A DNA stretch of 63,476 nucleotides, the filler included, from Jimgerdemannia flammicorona (Eukaryota): assembly GCA_003990765.1 (NCBI GenBank). It is 3 parts of 3 records of this genome, joined end to end, with 100 filler letters (N's around TTAATTAATTAA, not from the genome) between each part and the next. Parts side by side here need not be neighbours in the genome. Positions count along the whole stretch, not along the records: positions 21,195 to 42,286 come from RBNJ01001537.1; 2 more parts are not named here. The stretch is one strand, 5' to 3'. The notes beneath the pieces were generated by a model. It searched no databases. It saw only the letters and a program-made list of their open reading frames with translations, and was not told the origin of the DNA. Position numbers and translations under genes: made by a program. Position 1 is the first letter of the stretch. Each line of letters opens with the position of its first letter. Shown here piece by piece: positions 23,901-37,739 of the stretch.

Positions 23901-26900
23901 GAGGAGCCTATACTATCACTAAGATTACTGAACTTAAGCATAAAAAAGACAAAGACCAGAATAAGCACACATATACCATTAGAGAAAACTTTTCTCTAGA
24001 AGAACAACTTTTCAAGATTCTGTACTAGAATAAAGGAGTACTCACTACAGACTTTAGGGATATCTATAATAAAGAACCCAAGTACTATTATAAAGTTGAC
24101 ATTAGTGATACTAAGCCCATCTACCAGAAAGCCAGACCTATACCACTTGCCTACAGAGAATGGCTGTGAGCAGAACTCAAAGAAATGAAAAAAGCTAATA
24201 TCATCAAGCAAGCTATTAGTCTCTGGGCTTCACCTATTGTTCTCACCCCAAAGAAAGAGAGCAAGCCTGGAGAGTTTGCTCCAAGACTTTATATTGATTA
24301 CAAGAAGCTCAATGTAATTACTAAGAAGGATAGGCAGCCCTTGCTAAATATTCAAGAAATCCTTACCACCCTTGGAAGCAAAGCCAAATACTACACTACC
24401 TTAGATCTGTTCTCAGGCTTCTATCAGATTGATCTCACTTAAGATACTAGTGAGAAATCAGCCTTCATTATACCTGATACCACCCATGTCTATCTATAAA
24501 TGCCATTTGAAATGTGTAATGCCCCAGTAAATTTTCAGTGAATGATGAATAAAGTCTTCAATAATGAAATTGGAAAATGGCTCTTTGTCTATATTGACAA
24601 TGTGATCATCTTCAACAATACTGTATGGGAACATATCAACTACATACAGCTAGCTCTCAAGAAGCTCAAGGAGTATGGCCTCTATATCAAGCCTAAGAAG
24701 TGCAAGTTTGTAGCTCAAGAAATTACCTATCTAGGACACATCATCAATCAGACTGGTATTTATATAGATCTCATGAAAATTGAGACTGTTGTGGCCTACC
24801 TAAGACTCAGAACAACTACAAAAGTCTATGTCTTTCTCAGACTAGCCTCCTACTAGAAGATTTATCAAAATATACTCTAATATTACAGTACTTATCTATA
24901 AGCTACTGAAGAAGGAGATCAAGTTTGAATGGACCAAGGAATGTTAAGAAATCTTCAATGAACTCAAGACCAAGTTGACCCAAGCACCCATTCTCAGAAG
25001 ACCAGATTGGAACCTAGAGTTCATTCTGCAGACAGATGTAAGTGCTATAGAACTTGAAGCAGTACTAGCTCAGAAGAAAGATGGATATAAATATGTCATC
25101 TTCTATGCAAGCCAAGATACCTACAGAGTAGAACAGAACTATGAGTTATGTTAGCTTGAATACTTAGCAGTAGTCTGAGTAGTAGATAAGTTCCACTACT
25201 ATCTGACTGAAAAATACTTCATTATTCAAACAGACTATTCTGCTCTCACCTGGCTATTCCACACTTTGAACCTCAAAGAAATATATACTAGATAGATCTA
25301 CAGACTGCAAGAGTATGACTGTACTGTCAAACACTACTCAGGAAGAACCAATACACTGATGCACTTTCAAGAATACCCTGAAATATCCCCCATTAAGACT
25401 ATTTAACATAAATAAAGAGCTATACTATAGATTAATCAGCTACCTTGAGCAGTGGAAGATACCTAACCACCTTGAACCCTGGACTATTACTATTATTAAC
25501 TAGACTTGAAAACAATTTGAACTAGACAATACTATACTCAGAAAAGGAGAAAAGCTTATCATACCTGAATATAAGAAGTATCAAGTAATAAAGGAAGTAT
25601 ACAAACAAGAATACTTAGGAGGAACCAATACATATAACAAGGCAAGAAGAACTATGTAGTGGTCTAAGATAAAAGAAGACCTACACTAATTTGTCAAGAG
25701 TATAACAAGTACTAAAAATAGAAATAAGATCAGTAAGACCAGATATCTGAGTTATCAAGAATTGAACCTATCTCCTTCTACTATGTATATTATAATAGAT
25801 ATCATTAGACTACTACCAGTAACTCTATCAGGAAATCACTATATTATAGTTATTATAGATCTCTTTACTAAATAGATAGAAGCAGAAGCATTACAAGAAG
25901 CTAATACTCTCTCTTGCTGACTTTCTGTATCAAGAAATTATCTACCACTATAAGACACTAAGGCAAATCACCATAGACTGCAATACAGAATTTGTCAACA
26001 GATTCTATGAGATAATATATCAGAAATATAAAATTCAGTATATCAAGACTACTATATATCGCTCTCAAGGAAATAGATAGATAGAAAGAATAAATAAGAC
26101 TCTCAAGAACATCCTGGCCAAGATCTCAGACATATATGAGAATTGAAATAGCTATCTCCCAACTGCTCTCTCCACCCTACAAGATATATAGTCACAGAGT
26201 ACACACTTTATCCCAAGAGAACTGCTCTTTGGAGAAGAAAATTCTGATAAAACCTCAGCTACAAATCTAGATCTAACTTGGCAATAGATTGACTCAGAAA
26301 TCCAGAGACTATACTAAATCAGGAAGAAGGCAGAATATTATATCATCAAGTTACAAGTATTAATAAGAAAGAATGTGGAAAAGAATTACAAGACTCTAGA
26401 ACTCATTCAAATCAGAGAAAAGGTCCTACTATATTAAATATAGTAGAAGCCTCATGGTCATAAAAACTAGAGTCCAAATAGAAAGAACTCTTCTATGTGT
26501 AAGATATTAAGAGAACTACCTTCTGGCTTAGAAAATACTCAGGAACTATACTGCCTACTACAGTACACAGAAACAGACTCAAGAAGTACCATAAACCTAT
26601 ATAAGAGAAGTAAAACATAATGATCACCTGTGAGGTTCTAGTCTACAAATCATAATAGCATGTCCCATGACCAGCAGACAATCTGTCTAGACTATTCTCT
26701 AAGAGATATAGTACTAGCAACTACTCATCTATGAGACTTTCAAAGTTAGAGGAGTTTGAACTATCAACTGATTGGTCAAGATCAGAATCAGGCTATTGAT
26801 TTATATGAAGAAAGCTACTCTTCACTATTATGCCAAAATATATAAGAAAGACATCAGCCCATAAATACTACTTTTTGACCCCCTGTCAGAGGTTATGGAA

Positions 26901-27229
26901 TCAGAAAAATTTTCAGACCAGACTAATGAATAAGATCATTCAAGAGAAGATCCTTATTTAGGAGAAAGATATAATAGTAATCTCAGAATAGTAATATTAT
27001 TATAGGAGACAGTCTTTCCTTATAAGTTATTAGATTGAAGTACAAGAAGATTATATGGCATAACTTACCCAAGCTATAAGATGAGTAATAATGACCAATC
27101 CTAAGTCACAATGACTATAAGATAGATATCTCAAGGAATATAAAAGAAGGACCAGAAAACTACAGTAGCAGCAACTCCAATAAGATTCACAAAAATCTAA
27201 AATAGTTCAAAAGACTTACTATAAACAAA

Positions 27230-27900
27230 ATGCCTCCAGGAACCACCAAGGCCTCTCAGTTCAAGAAAGAATATTCCAAGACATCAGGAGAGCTATGAGG
27301 ACCCACACTAGAAGGATTCCTAGCCTCAACTTGGGTACTAGTGACTCTTACCACTTTATTCTCTACTACTATAAAATGGAGACAAGGATTACTACTACTA
27401 CCAAATGCCTCTGGATGTAGTAGGAATACAAAATAGAAAACCTCCTCTATCAGGAATTCTCTCAGACCAGTCCCCAAGAGATACAAGATGCATGCATATA
27501 AATTGAGAGTAGCCAAAAAGATCCATCAGATCTTCAGGCATGTATCTTGATCAATCTCCAATTTAGAGTATACCAGAGTCTCAGACTTCAAGAAATTATC
27601 AGCCCACCATATAGATATACTGGAGGCCATAGTGGTCACAGAAGTCCAATCCACCATTACTCTCAAAAGTGATAAGATAGAAGAGTTCTGGAATCCTATT
27701 ATTAAGGACAATCTAGATCAATTCCTATAAGGATTAATCTCAGTATTCTAAGGCTCTGGTATCTAGGTCAGACTCTCTCAAGATCCCACCTTTATTCCCT
27801 ACTTTGTGGAGAAAAACATCATAAATTAGAGAGCTCCTGATCTCCTTCCCACCACTATTGAACATGATGATATCATCAGTGATGATGTCATCCTACTAAT
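27230..27900 (+). pseudogene. Family-2 homologue of accessory ORF-Y
   Basis: Translated segments KLRVAKKIHQIFRH...ISNLEY...DF...ITLK...FWNPIIKDNLDQFL*GL...PYFVEKNIIN*RAP align with 49424-50254. TATAAAA at 27139-27145. Confidence 0.75.
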
Positions 27901-28685
27901 CAATATATGTATATGAAACAAATGAAATAGAAATGTTCACTGACCTTATTTCCTTCAAAGACATCCTATTCCTAATCTCTAGTCTTAGTGATAGTGGTAA
28001 AGATAGAGTCTTCAGAATTCTGAATATTCTACTCTAATTTATTTGTATAACTATTTGTTTGAACACTTGAATATTCTAGCATCCTAACCTTGTATAACTG
28101 TTAGAAATTATTTCAGCATTCTGATCTTGTACAATCAATTATATGGATACTTGAATTTGTACTTACAACTTGAAGTTTTCTATATTCAAATATCTTATTT
28201 AGTTATTGGATTTTATATTTAGCTTTATATCTTAGTAATCATTGAATTATATTTTATATAAATACCCCTCTCATTTCTTCAAAATAAAGTCAGTATTAAA
28301 ACACTCCAGCATTCAAGTACCCAACTACTCAAGAGTATAAAAGTTCTAGTCCTCTACTCAATTCCATGCAAGTAAATTCAAGAGATAATATAACAGTTTA
28401 AAGATAAGAAGTTTGAGGACTATAAGACCTTGGAAAAGTACTCCAATAGAACTTGCTTATAAGAAACTTGTAGTTGGTCTAAGAGATATATCTTAAAGAG
28501 AATCTGATATACTTGGAGAACTCAGTGCCCACTATATGACAACAGGTATAGCAAACTATACTGAAATAGAGAGTATAAAGTTAGAGAAAAAGAAACTTAG
28601 ATAGTTATCTATCCATATCTTATAACCAGTATGGTAGCAGAGAAATAAGTCTATTGTCACTCATTCTAATATATTTTACTACTCA

Positions 28686-29160
28686 TTCTAGTCAGTAGGG
28701 AAGAAAAAAGAAAAAAAAAACAAAAGGTTCAGAGCTTTTAAAATTCTTCTTATTATATAGTCTGAAATCTTACTCTATCTTTCTGTCTTCTAAAGCTCCT
28801 TTTTTTGAGGGGGCCTAATGCTTGATACACTCTCTACTATTTATTCTAATATCCTTCACTACTTATTTCAGCCACTTGACATTATCTCAACTCATTACTT
28901 ATTCTAATATATCTTGACTTATTACTTGTCTTACTGCTAATTCTAGTTAGTAGAGAAAAAAAGAATTAAAAGATTTAAAGCTTTCAAAATTCTTCTCATT
29001 ATATAGTCTAAAACCTTACCTTATCTTTCTGTTTTCTGATATATACTTCTTTTTTTAAGAGGAGAAGGGGGGGGGTCACTGCTTATTTCAGCACTCTCTA
29101 CTATTTATTTCAGTACTCTCTACTACTCATTCTAGCACTCTCTACTACTTAATCTAATAT
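28686..29160. repeat. Degenerate ~100-bp direct repeat pair plus short ~20-bp tandem units
   Basis: 28686-28790 resembles 28940-29038 (attctagt.agtag...aaaattcttct.attatatagtct.aaa.cttac). cactctctacta.tta.t units recur near 28828 and 29092-29155. Confidence 0.55.
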
Positions 29161-30185
29161 CTTCTACTATATCTTCTTCTTCATCTCTTCAATTTAACAT
29201 TACCTCACCTCATCTTGTCATATTACTTATTCAATACTATGCTACTCATTTTATCTATCCAATCAGTAGAGTAATTAATTTAGAAATTAATTAATTTACT
29301 TATATTAATTATTTTATCTTATATACCCTACCTTGTCTACTGATAAGTCTACAAACAAATAAATAGTAATACTTAATATCTCATATATTATATTCTATTC
29401 TATTCTACTTAATAATTATTAAAAGAGAGAATATTTTAGATAAAAAAGTACTTTCAGCTAACAATATTAAATTCTTCTCATATAGATAGTACAAAAGCTG
29501 CTTGTCAAAGATAGTGATGAAAATAATGAGGGAGAGTTTTAGTAAAAAAATTATAGAGACTCTTTAGATCTCAGAATTCATTAATCTTATAGCTATATAT
29601 ATAGTAATCTTTGTAGAGTAACTGACAATAGATATAGATTGCAAATTTTTATTATAGTATAACTGATTAAACTTTGAGCTTTTTTTTTTTTTCCTATCCT
29701 TAGGGTCTATAACTCTATAGTGAGATCTACTGATTTTATTCACAATATCTAGTTAAGATAAAGAAAGACTAAAGAACAATTTAAGATATGTCTTTGGTAG
29801 CTAAGCTATTGAGTTAGTATATTATATAATAGAGGTCTCAAAAAGAACAGAAGTAAGCCTTTATAAGTATTTTTATATAACTTAACTACATATAACTCAA
29901 TTCTCATACTCATACTAAATACTCACTCTTTTTTAGCCAAAACTTATATATGACTCACACAACTTATACTGTAATTTATCTTCAGATCAAGGCTCAGTTC
30001 TACTATAGAGGGAAATTCAAAGTAACTCAAGTTTGATCATATCTAACTTCTAATAAATCAAAGAAGTTCAAGGATAAGTTATTTAGTATAAGTAATACTA
30101 ACTTGACCATTAAAACTTAGAGATCAATATTTAAATCAAAACTAATTATTCTTAACTAAGAAATCTACTGATCTGTAAGAGTCTT

Positions 30186-33100
30186 TAGAGACTTCTTTTG
30201 CTCAAACCACTCAGAGTGAGCTAAGCCACACAGATATATTTTTGTGAAAAGCAATACATTTTTAAGTTTTCACTTCACCTACACTAGTATACTAGGTATG
30301 GCAGGAGTCTAGCAATAATATACAATAAGTTTCTTCAATTTCTGTAGAGTTTTCATCTGATAGTGACCTAAGGTTTTTCAAGCTCTGAGCATTTGAAGAG
30401 AAGAAAGCCTGGCCTGGGCCTCTCCAAGAGTTTCGTAGTGGTGGCAGGGGCTGGTGCTGGGGCTGATGGGGCAAGTGGTCAGGGGAGGCTAGCTGGTATT
30501 GAAAGTTGGCATATAGTGATGGAGGACAGGAGGGCTACTGTTAGGCCCATGGGGATAGGGCAGGGGGAATATAGTATTGATAGGAAGAAGAGTCAGATGA
30601 CTGGTCAGATGACTGGTCAGGTGTCTGGCAGAGGTCAGGGGTCCAGAGACATGATGGTCAGGACTAGAATTCCTGAGGCTGAGCTGGTGGCTGGTGGAGG
30701 GACCACTGGTGGGCTTGTAGAGGCTAGAGGAGTGGCTATAGGAGTTTCTGAGAATAAGAGAAAGACTATAATAGTGGCAGGCTCTGATGAACTGGTGGTG
30801 TGCTCTTTCTTTCACAAGTTAGTGTTGATGTGGGTGATCTCAGTGAATTTCTTGGAGCTGGATATGTCTGTCAGAGAAGTTTTGCAGCTAGTGAGTGAGG
30901 AGGTTACTGGTGTAGAGTTACTGAAGTTTATCCCATCAGCAGAGGCAGTAGAGATAGACTTTGTGGAAGAGGAGAAGATGGTGAAGGTCTTAGAGAAAGG
31001 GATGGTAGTCAAGAATATTAAGGTTGAAATAGTGAGATGCTTAAGGTGGGATCTGTATACTATGTATTTAGTGATAGAGGGGCTGCTGATATTGGGGAGA
31101 CAGGAGACTAAGAGGATTGTGGCAGAGGCACTGGGGGGCTTTGGTGAGATGGAAGACTTCAGGTTCATGTTCTGGGAGAGAACTAAGCTAAGGAATAACA
31201 ACTGTGAGGTTATGATGAGGCTAGAGAGAAAGGAAGTCATGGGGCTAGATAGGGACTGGTCAGAGGTGATTCATGTTGGAGGACAGAAGTATAAGGTATG
31301 AAGAAGGAAAGGATCTGAGCAGGAGGAGGAGGAATTGTTACTTACCCTGGAAGAGAGAGAGGTAACAAAGGAATTGTAAAAGAGGAGATAGAAGGAGTTT
31401 ACTAAGGACTGAATCTGAATTCTGACAGATGGGAGAAGGAAGAGATGGTGGAAGACAAACTGGGAGTATCTGCAGATAGTCCTCCAGGGCTTGAAAGTAG
31501 TGGAAGAAGTAAGGGCAAATATGGCCAAAAGTCAGATAGAGGAGGTGGAGGCAGCAGAGGTGTCTTTTTTACAACTAGGAGGTGTGAAAAACTCAGCTCA
31601 TATATTGGTGAAGGGGAAGTGGGCTGATAGGGGGGAGGTAGGCAAAGAGAGTTTTGAGGATATCACTGAGAGAGTACCAGAGACTCAGTTGGAGGATGTC
31701 TATATGGCAGAGGCAGTGAATGTTCATTGGGAATATTCAGAGGCAGGTGAAGTAGTGTGGCTGGAGAAGGATGCTGAGGAGGATGATCTGGTGAATGTAG
31801 CCTCTGATGTTTTGGCAGACAGAGAGATGCTACAGGAGTTGAGTAAGACCTTAAGGCCAGCCACCCCTAGACCTCTGGTGATGACAGCTGATAACTGATA
31901 TCAGGTAGTGCTTGAGGAACTTGTGGAGGAGGATATCAAGGAAGTAGATGTATTTAATGGGTCTCAAGAGACCTGGGAGGGATTCCTCAATATTGTAATA
32001 TAGGGGCCAAAGTTGGTAACAGCAATGGTGGTGGTACTTCTGGATGATGAAGGGTATGAGGTAGATGAGGACCAAATGGCTGATATTAGGAAAGTGGTAT
32101 CTGAGTAAGTGGAGGTCTTCTGTAGCAGTATGAATGGGACCTGTATCCAGAGGGCTATCTGTAAGGAATGAAAGGAAATAATCTGCAGTCATACTGAGAA
32201 GGTGGTAGTAATTCCTGTAGAGCTTTAAACATTTTTATTATTAATGATGAACAGTCTATATATCTTATTGTTAAATATCAATAATCTGTATGATGGAGTG
32301 AAGCAAAGGCATCTATTTCGATAGCTAAAGGTCAGGATATATAATGTGGTGTTTCTTCAGAATATTTGAGTCTATGGTGAGTAAGATTATAAGAAATGGA
32401 GCAGGGAATGGTATGGCAGTATAGGTTGGAATGGGCAGATGGGTATCTTGGTTGGTTTGGAGAGAGGTGAGCTGGTAAAGGTTAAGGTATATGGTGATTG
32501 ATTGATTTGGGGGAAATTAAAAGAAAGAGCTGGAGATAGGTTAGTTGTAGGCTCTACTTATTTACTGATGGTTGGCAGAGAGTGAAACTAATGGGTGGAG
32601 GGCTGGCTGGCTTAGAGAGACTGAGAGGGAGTCAGACTAGACATTCTGGGGGGGGGGGGACTTTAATATGGTACATAACAGGACATTAGATAGGTCTGAT
32701 GGTGGAGTTGGTATAGTAGTCTCAGTGGGGCTCTCACAATGGCTTCAGATGGAGAGGGATATGGGATTGGTTGATGGGGTATGACAATGTCAGAGAGAGA
32801 GGCCAGGGCCCTTTACTAGATAGTACTCTATTGGCAAGAACTTGGTGGGGACAAGGATTGATTGGATTCTGATAGCAGAATACTGGGATAATGTATTGAA
32901 TATGGCAGAAGTATGGTAGTGTCCTTGGTCAGACTACTGGAGAGTAGAGGTGTGTGGAAGATTTCAGGTAGTCAGCAGAGATAGAGGTTGCTAGTGGCTC
33001 AATGTAGCTCTACTCAGAAGAAAGGTAGAGCAGGAATGATTTGTGATGATTGCAAGACAGGAAGTAATGTAGTAGAAGAATAGTAGACAGCTAATTGAGT

Positions 33101-35831
33101 AGTGGTAGGGTAAATTCAAACATTTGGCAGGTACCTACTGGTATGATATAGGGGATGTTGCTGGAAGAGAGCAGAAGAATAAAGAGAGGAGAGTTGAGTA
33201 AGGGCTATGATGGCAGCTGAGGATGTTGGAAGGGGAGAACTTATTAGAAGAGTGATGCTCCTGGTTGATCAAGGAGGCGGCTGAGTTGAAGTGAAATTTA
33301 AAGGCAGCTGAGGATAGAGTGGTAGATGGTCTGTTGGCAAGATTGTGGGCAAGGTGGTTAGAAGAAGGAGAGCAGCCTACTAAATATTTATCAGGAATTT
33401 TGAAAGCCAGGAGGGTGTAATACAGCTGGGCTTTGGTGCTATGAGAGGATGGTATTGAGATTACTGAAATTACTGATATGCTTGAAGAGATCTCAGGATG
33501 ATGGTGCACTCTCTGGCAGGATGAAGGAGGACCAGTGGGGGGAGAGGTCTTATAGGAGGATAATGATAATTTAGTAGGCAGCTGGTCTGTAGTAGCAGTA
33601 TCTGAGATAGGTAGAGCAGTAATAGGTACAGTGGCCCTTGAAGAGGTGATGGAGATGCTGAGGAATATGTAAGCTAATTTATCACTGAGGGAGGATGGAC
33701 TGCCTTGGGAATTCTGGAAGGAGTTCTAGGTTGAGTTTGATGGATGATTAGTTGAAATAGTGAACTTTGTATTGAGAGAAGATATATAACTAGATTGGTA
33801 ATAGTTCCTTAGGGTTGGTCTCTCTACTATATATATAAGGAAAAAGGGGATTGATACATATGGTAGAACTGGCAGCCTATCATATTATTAAATGTAGACA
33901 GGAAGTTAGTGTCCAAAATTCTGGCTGGGAGGATGCAGTGGTGGATTGGCTGATTAGTGGGTGAGGACCAGTGAGATTTTGTGAAGGAGAGGCAGATTTG
34001 AGATAGTACTGCCTGGGTGCAAAATATTTTAGAGAGCTGTAGAAGCTGGCAAGTAGATGGGCAGATGGTCTTCTTGGATCAAGAGAAGGCATATAACAGG
34101 GTATAGTAGAACTATTTGAAAGTAGTACTGCAGAAAGTAGGGTTTGGCACAGTAGAGGCTTGAAGATTGATGGGTTTGGTGTGAGACTACTGAGCAGCAG
34201 TACTGATGAATGAGTGGTGTGGCCCAGAGTTTGCCTTAGGGAGAGGTGTACCACAGAGGGATCCTCTCTCTCCTCTGCTTTACATTTTGTCCTTAGAGCC
34301 TTTGCTGGCTTGGCTAAAGGGGAGACTGACTGGGTTATAGATAGGGGATGTGGTCTGGAAGTTGGGGGCTTTCACTGATGATATAGTGGTTGAATTAGGC
34401 TATATAGCAGATGTAGAATGCCTGCAGGAAGGGGTTGGACAGTATGAGAGACTGGCAGGGGTAAAGTTGAACTGGGGCAAGTGTGAGACAATGAAGCTTG
34501 GAGCTGGTCTGGGAGAGAATGGGTGTTTTGGACAAATGGTAGATATAGGAGAAGTAGTTCAGTATTTGGGTATCTGGTTCTCAGTATATGGGATGGTGCT
34601 GTCAAAGATATGGTGGTGTGGCATGATATAGAAGTGGGAGAGTGCTTTGATGGGCTGGTCAGAGAGGGGTTTCTCCTTGGTTGGAAGAGTTGTAGTATTG
34701 AATATATATTGGCTGCCTAAGTTGTAGTATTTGGGATACTATCTGGATTTTTCTGGATAAGTGATAAGGAGACTAAAGAAGGTGATAGAAGGATGGCTAT
34801 GATAAGAGAGACAGCTACAGATTAGTTGGGAGACAGTAGTAATGTGGATGGTAGATGGTGACCGGGGACTGGTAGACTTTAGGAGGTGGTTTAAAGTGCT
34901 CTGAGGCTGGTAGGGTTGTCAATTAGCAGAATTAGGAGTAGATGGTTGAGGCAGACTGGCTATGGACAATTGGGAGGTCAGGTTCTGCCCCCATGGTGAG
35001 ATTTGGAAGGATATGCAAGGTTTGCTTCAGGTGGGAAGGGTCAGCAGACTGTATTACAAGGGGTTCTGGTGGGGTATTTTAGAGGCCTGGCTGGCAATAG
35101 GACTTATAGGATCAGAGCTGGGAGAAGGGGAGGACCCTGAGCAGAAATGATAGTGACTAGGAGACCTTCATATTGGTAGCCATTAGTTGGCAGAGTACTC
35201 TCTGTCTGGAGCAATGGAATGGATCAGAACAGGCCCACTTGAGATATGGCTAGTTGGTTGGCAGAAGGCTGGGCTTGGTGAAGACTGGGAGTGGGGTTGG
35301 GTCTGGAGTTGGGGGGCCTCTCTGCTCAAAGTTGTACTGCCAAAGTATTGGATTATATAGTGGAGATTCTTGAGAAGGAATGTGATGCTGGGGTACCAGA
35401 TAGGATGGATGGAGGTGGAAGATGACAAGGAATATGAGTAGTATTATGAGGTAGATAGAGATGTGGTCCAGTATGTCTTAGTAGTGTGTCCGGGGGTTGA
35501 GGGGTATTGGTAGATATTAGAAGGTTATTGGGGTTGTGAGGGTGGGCAACCAGAGGGCCCCACTAGTCAGATGGTTAAGCAGTAGCTAGTGAGAGAGACT
35601 GGGAATATCTGGGATAGTCTGGGCCATGTTCTTGGTACCTGGATCCTGATGGCAGTGTACTGGTAATGGATGTTTAAGAGAGGATCTATAGATGGAAATT
35701 GGTGAATTAGTGAAGTGGTGGAGGTGGTTGCTTCAGGAAGTAGTATAAGGGTGGTGGTATTAGGGGAAGAGACACCAGCTAGGGGTCTTGAGGAAGGTAC
35801 AGAACATTGTACAGAGGAGTTGAGGGCACCT
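30186..35831 (+). mobile_element. L1/Tx1-like LINE, older copy, interrupted near its 3' end by an LTR element
   Basis: 5' UTR, ORF1 (~30360-32230) and ORF2 (from 32244: APE, RT GVPQRDPLSPLLY / FTDD) are colinear with 58819-52959. Many stops. Confidence 0.93.
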
Positions 35832-37338
35832 TGTAAGAGGATTACTTGTTAGGATAACCATTACATAGTTCTGGAAGAGTTTTCTAGAAATTCTGAATAT
35901 TCTAGAAGACTATTTTCTTAAGGTTAAGATCAATTTCATATGGAGTACATCCTCTATGCTTATTGATTTCAGAATTGGGTTGACATCTCAACCAAAGTCC
36001 TTTTTCAGACTAGTTCTGGATGTTCAGGATTTTTTGTATTTTAGGAAGTTCAAGAAACTAAGACCAGCTTAGCTTAATTGGTGTATTACTGCAGACAATA
36101 CCCAATTAGGAATTTTCATGATAGGGTTAGAAGTGGGACCTAATGGGGGGCAGATTTACTTAAGAGTGGTTTGTGGATTATTAAATAGATTTATTTGCTA
36201 TTCATGATATTGCTATACTAGGAGTAGTTGTGTGAAGGGATATTGTGGGAAAGTGCTCAGGAGTTATGTTCAGATTGTTCAAGTATTCAAGTCTGAGATT
36301 CTGAGGTCTGAGAGAGGGAGTATTTATACTAGTAAGGGACTATCTGGGCTATACTGAATATAGATATAGCACTTAGTGTCTTGCTGAGTCAGAATACAGT
36401 CACATAGTGCAAGTGTGATCTGATATGTTAAGAGATCATCTGACTGCTGAGTCAGTTTACAGTTATGTCATATTAGGCTAGTCTAACTATACTATGACTG
36501 CTAAGCTATCTATAGATTTAGATGCTATCTGGGTAGTCTTTGATGATATCACCATTGATAACATCATCTCTGGCAAAGTCTAAGCAGTTTTCTGACTTCT
36601 GATATCATCAGTTTCAAAGGTGTCATCACCTCTGTCTCTTGTAAAATTAAGGCTATCCTTGGTGGTAGTAGTTATACAAGAATAATAGGTCTTGGTTCTC
36701 TTTTTTTGGACTACTGGTGCATTTGTAAGGACTGGCCATTCTTATCTAGGGTGAGGGCTCCCAATGTCATGGCTGGGGGTTCAAATCTCTCAGAAATGAT
36801 ATTTTCTATAATCCAAAGCAATTTCTAGTAGTAATACATATCTGTCACATAGATGGGCTTAAGATTGGTTTTGACAATATTAGCTTTCTTGAGTTTAGAT
36901 GAAGTATCTGTCATTCTCCAATAGAGGTGATACAGATAAAGCAAATGGAGTTGTTCAAATGTATTTTGCTTCTGCTAAGTAATGAGGTCTTTGTATAGTT
37001 ATAGTAGTGTATCTTGGTCTTGAGTTGATAAGTGTAGTTCTTGAACCTTTGGTAGATAAGAGAGGTTCTTCTCATCTTGGTTTGAGTTTGGTACTTCAGT
37101 TTCCTTTTATAATAGTATAATACATCAAAACTAGTAGTAGAGGTATAGGATCAGTCTTATGGTTAGAGTACTTTTTCTGGTATTCTTATGTCTTGGTGGT
37201 AGGTTCTTGTGCTTACTGGTGTATTTTGTATAACCAGGTGATCTCTTCAGTAACTTGTTTTATAGTCTTACATGTGGTTTCCAAATTAGTTCTGAGGATG
37301 ATATGTGATTTTGGTAGCTTGAAGGTTGTATGCTTACA
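35832..37338 (-). repeat. 3' LTR of family 3 (contains ORF-X homologue in U3)
   Basis: Direct repeat of 40720-42209; minus-strand TATAAATA at about 36328-36321. Confidence 0.92.
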
Positions 37339-37739
37339 ACTCTCCCCTTCTTAGCTTTTGATATTCTTATTGAGATCTTCTAATTTGATCTAGTATTGTT
37401 GTACTATTTGGATGATTCTTGTAGTTATATTTATTAAGGATTTGTTCAACTTTGTATTCTTCTTGGTTATTAATAATGACAGGTACAGGTGGTTTTGTAG
37501 TTCAGTTCAGAAATATGTCTCAGACTTTCTAGAGTAAGGGTCTGACATGGCTATCAACTTTGGAAAAATCTTCTTTAGAGTTCTCAGGTTCTCCTTTGGA
37601 TGGGCAGATGGAGATGGCAAAGAGAGGGCATTTCTTAGCCAATTTCTTAAGCTGTAGCTTATTGATGTAGGTGATCTTTGGTCCAGAGTCATTAGAACTG
37701 AGTGGGTCCTTTTTACCTTGTAGTTTGAAGTTGTGGCAT

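Larger units (their letters stand above)
22790..28541 (+). mobile_element. Ty3/Gypsy family 2, 5'-truncated (PR-Cys module-dUTPase-RT-RH-IN-accessory ORFs-partial 3' LTR)
   Basis: PR relic IIDTSTRE (~22820), RT ORFs 24185-24442 and 24542-24856 (WASPIV, YIDN), RH LQTDVSAIELEAVL, IN YRSQGNR*IERIK. The LTR-like tail has TATAAATA at 28257, AATAAA at 28283 and ends ...TGACA at about 28541. Confidence 0.9.

Noticed and set aside
29790..30185. Faint resemblance to a tyrosine-recombinase (Crypton-like) coding relic
   Set aside because: Only a few residues match after assuming many mutations; no catalytic motif can be supported.
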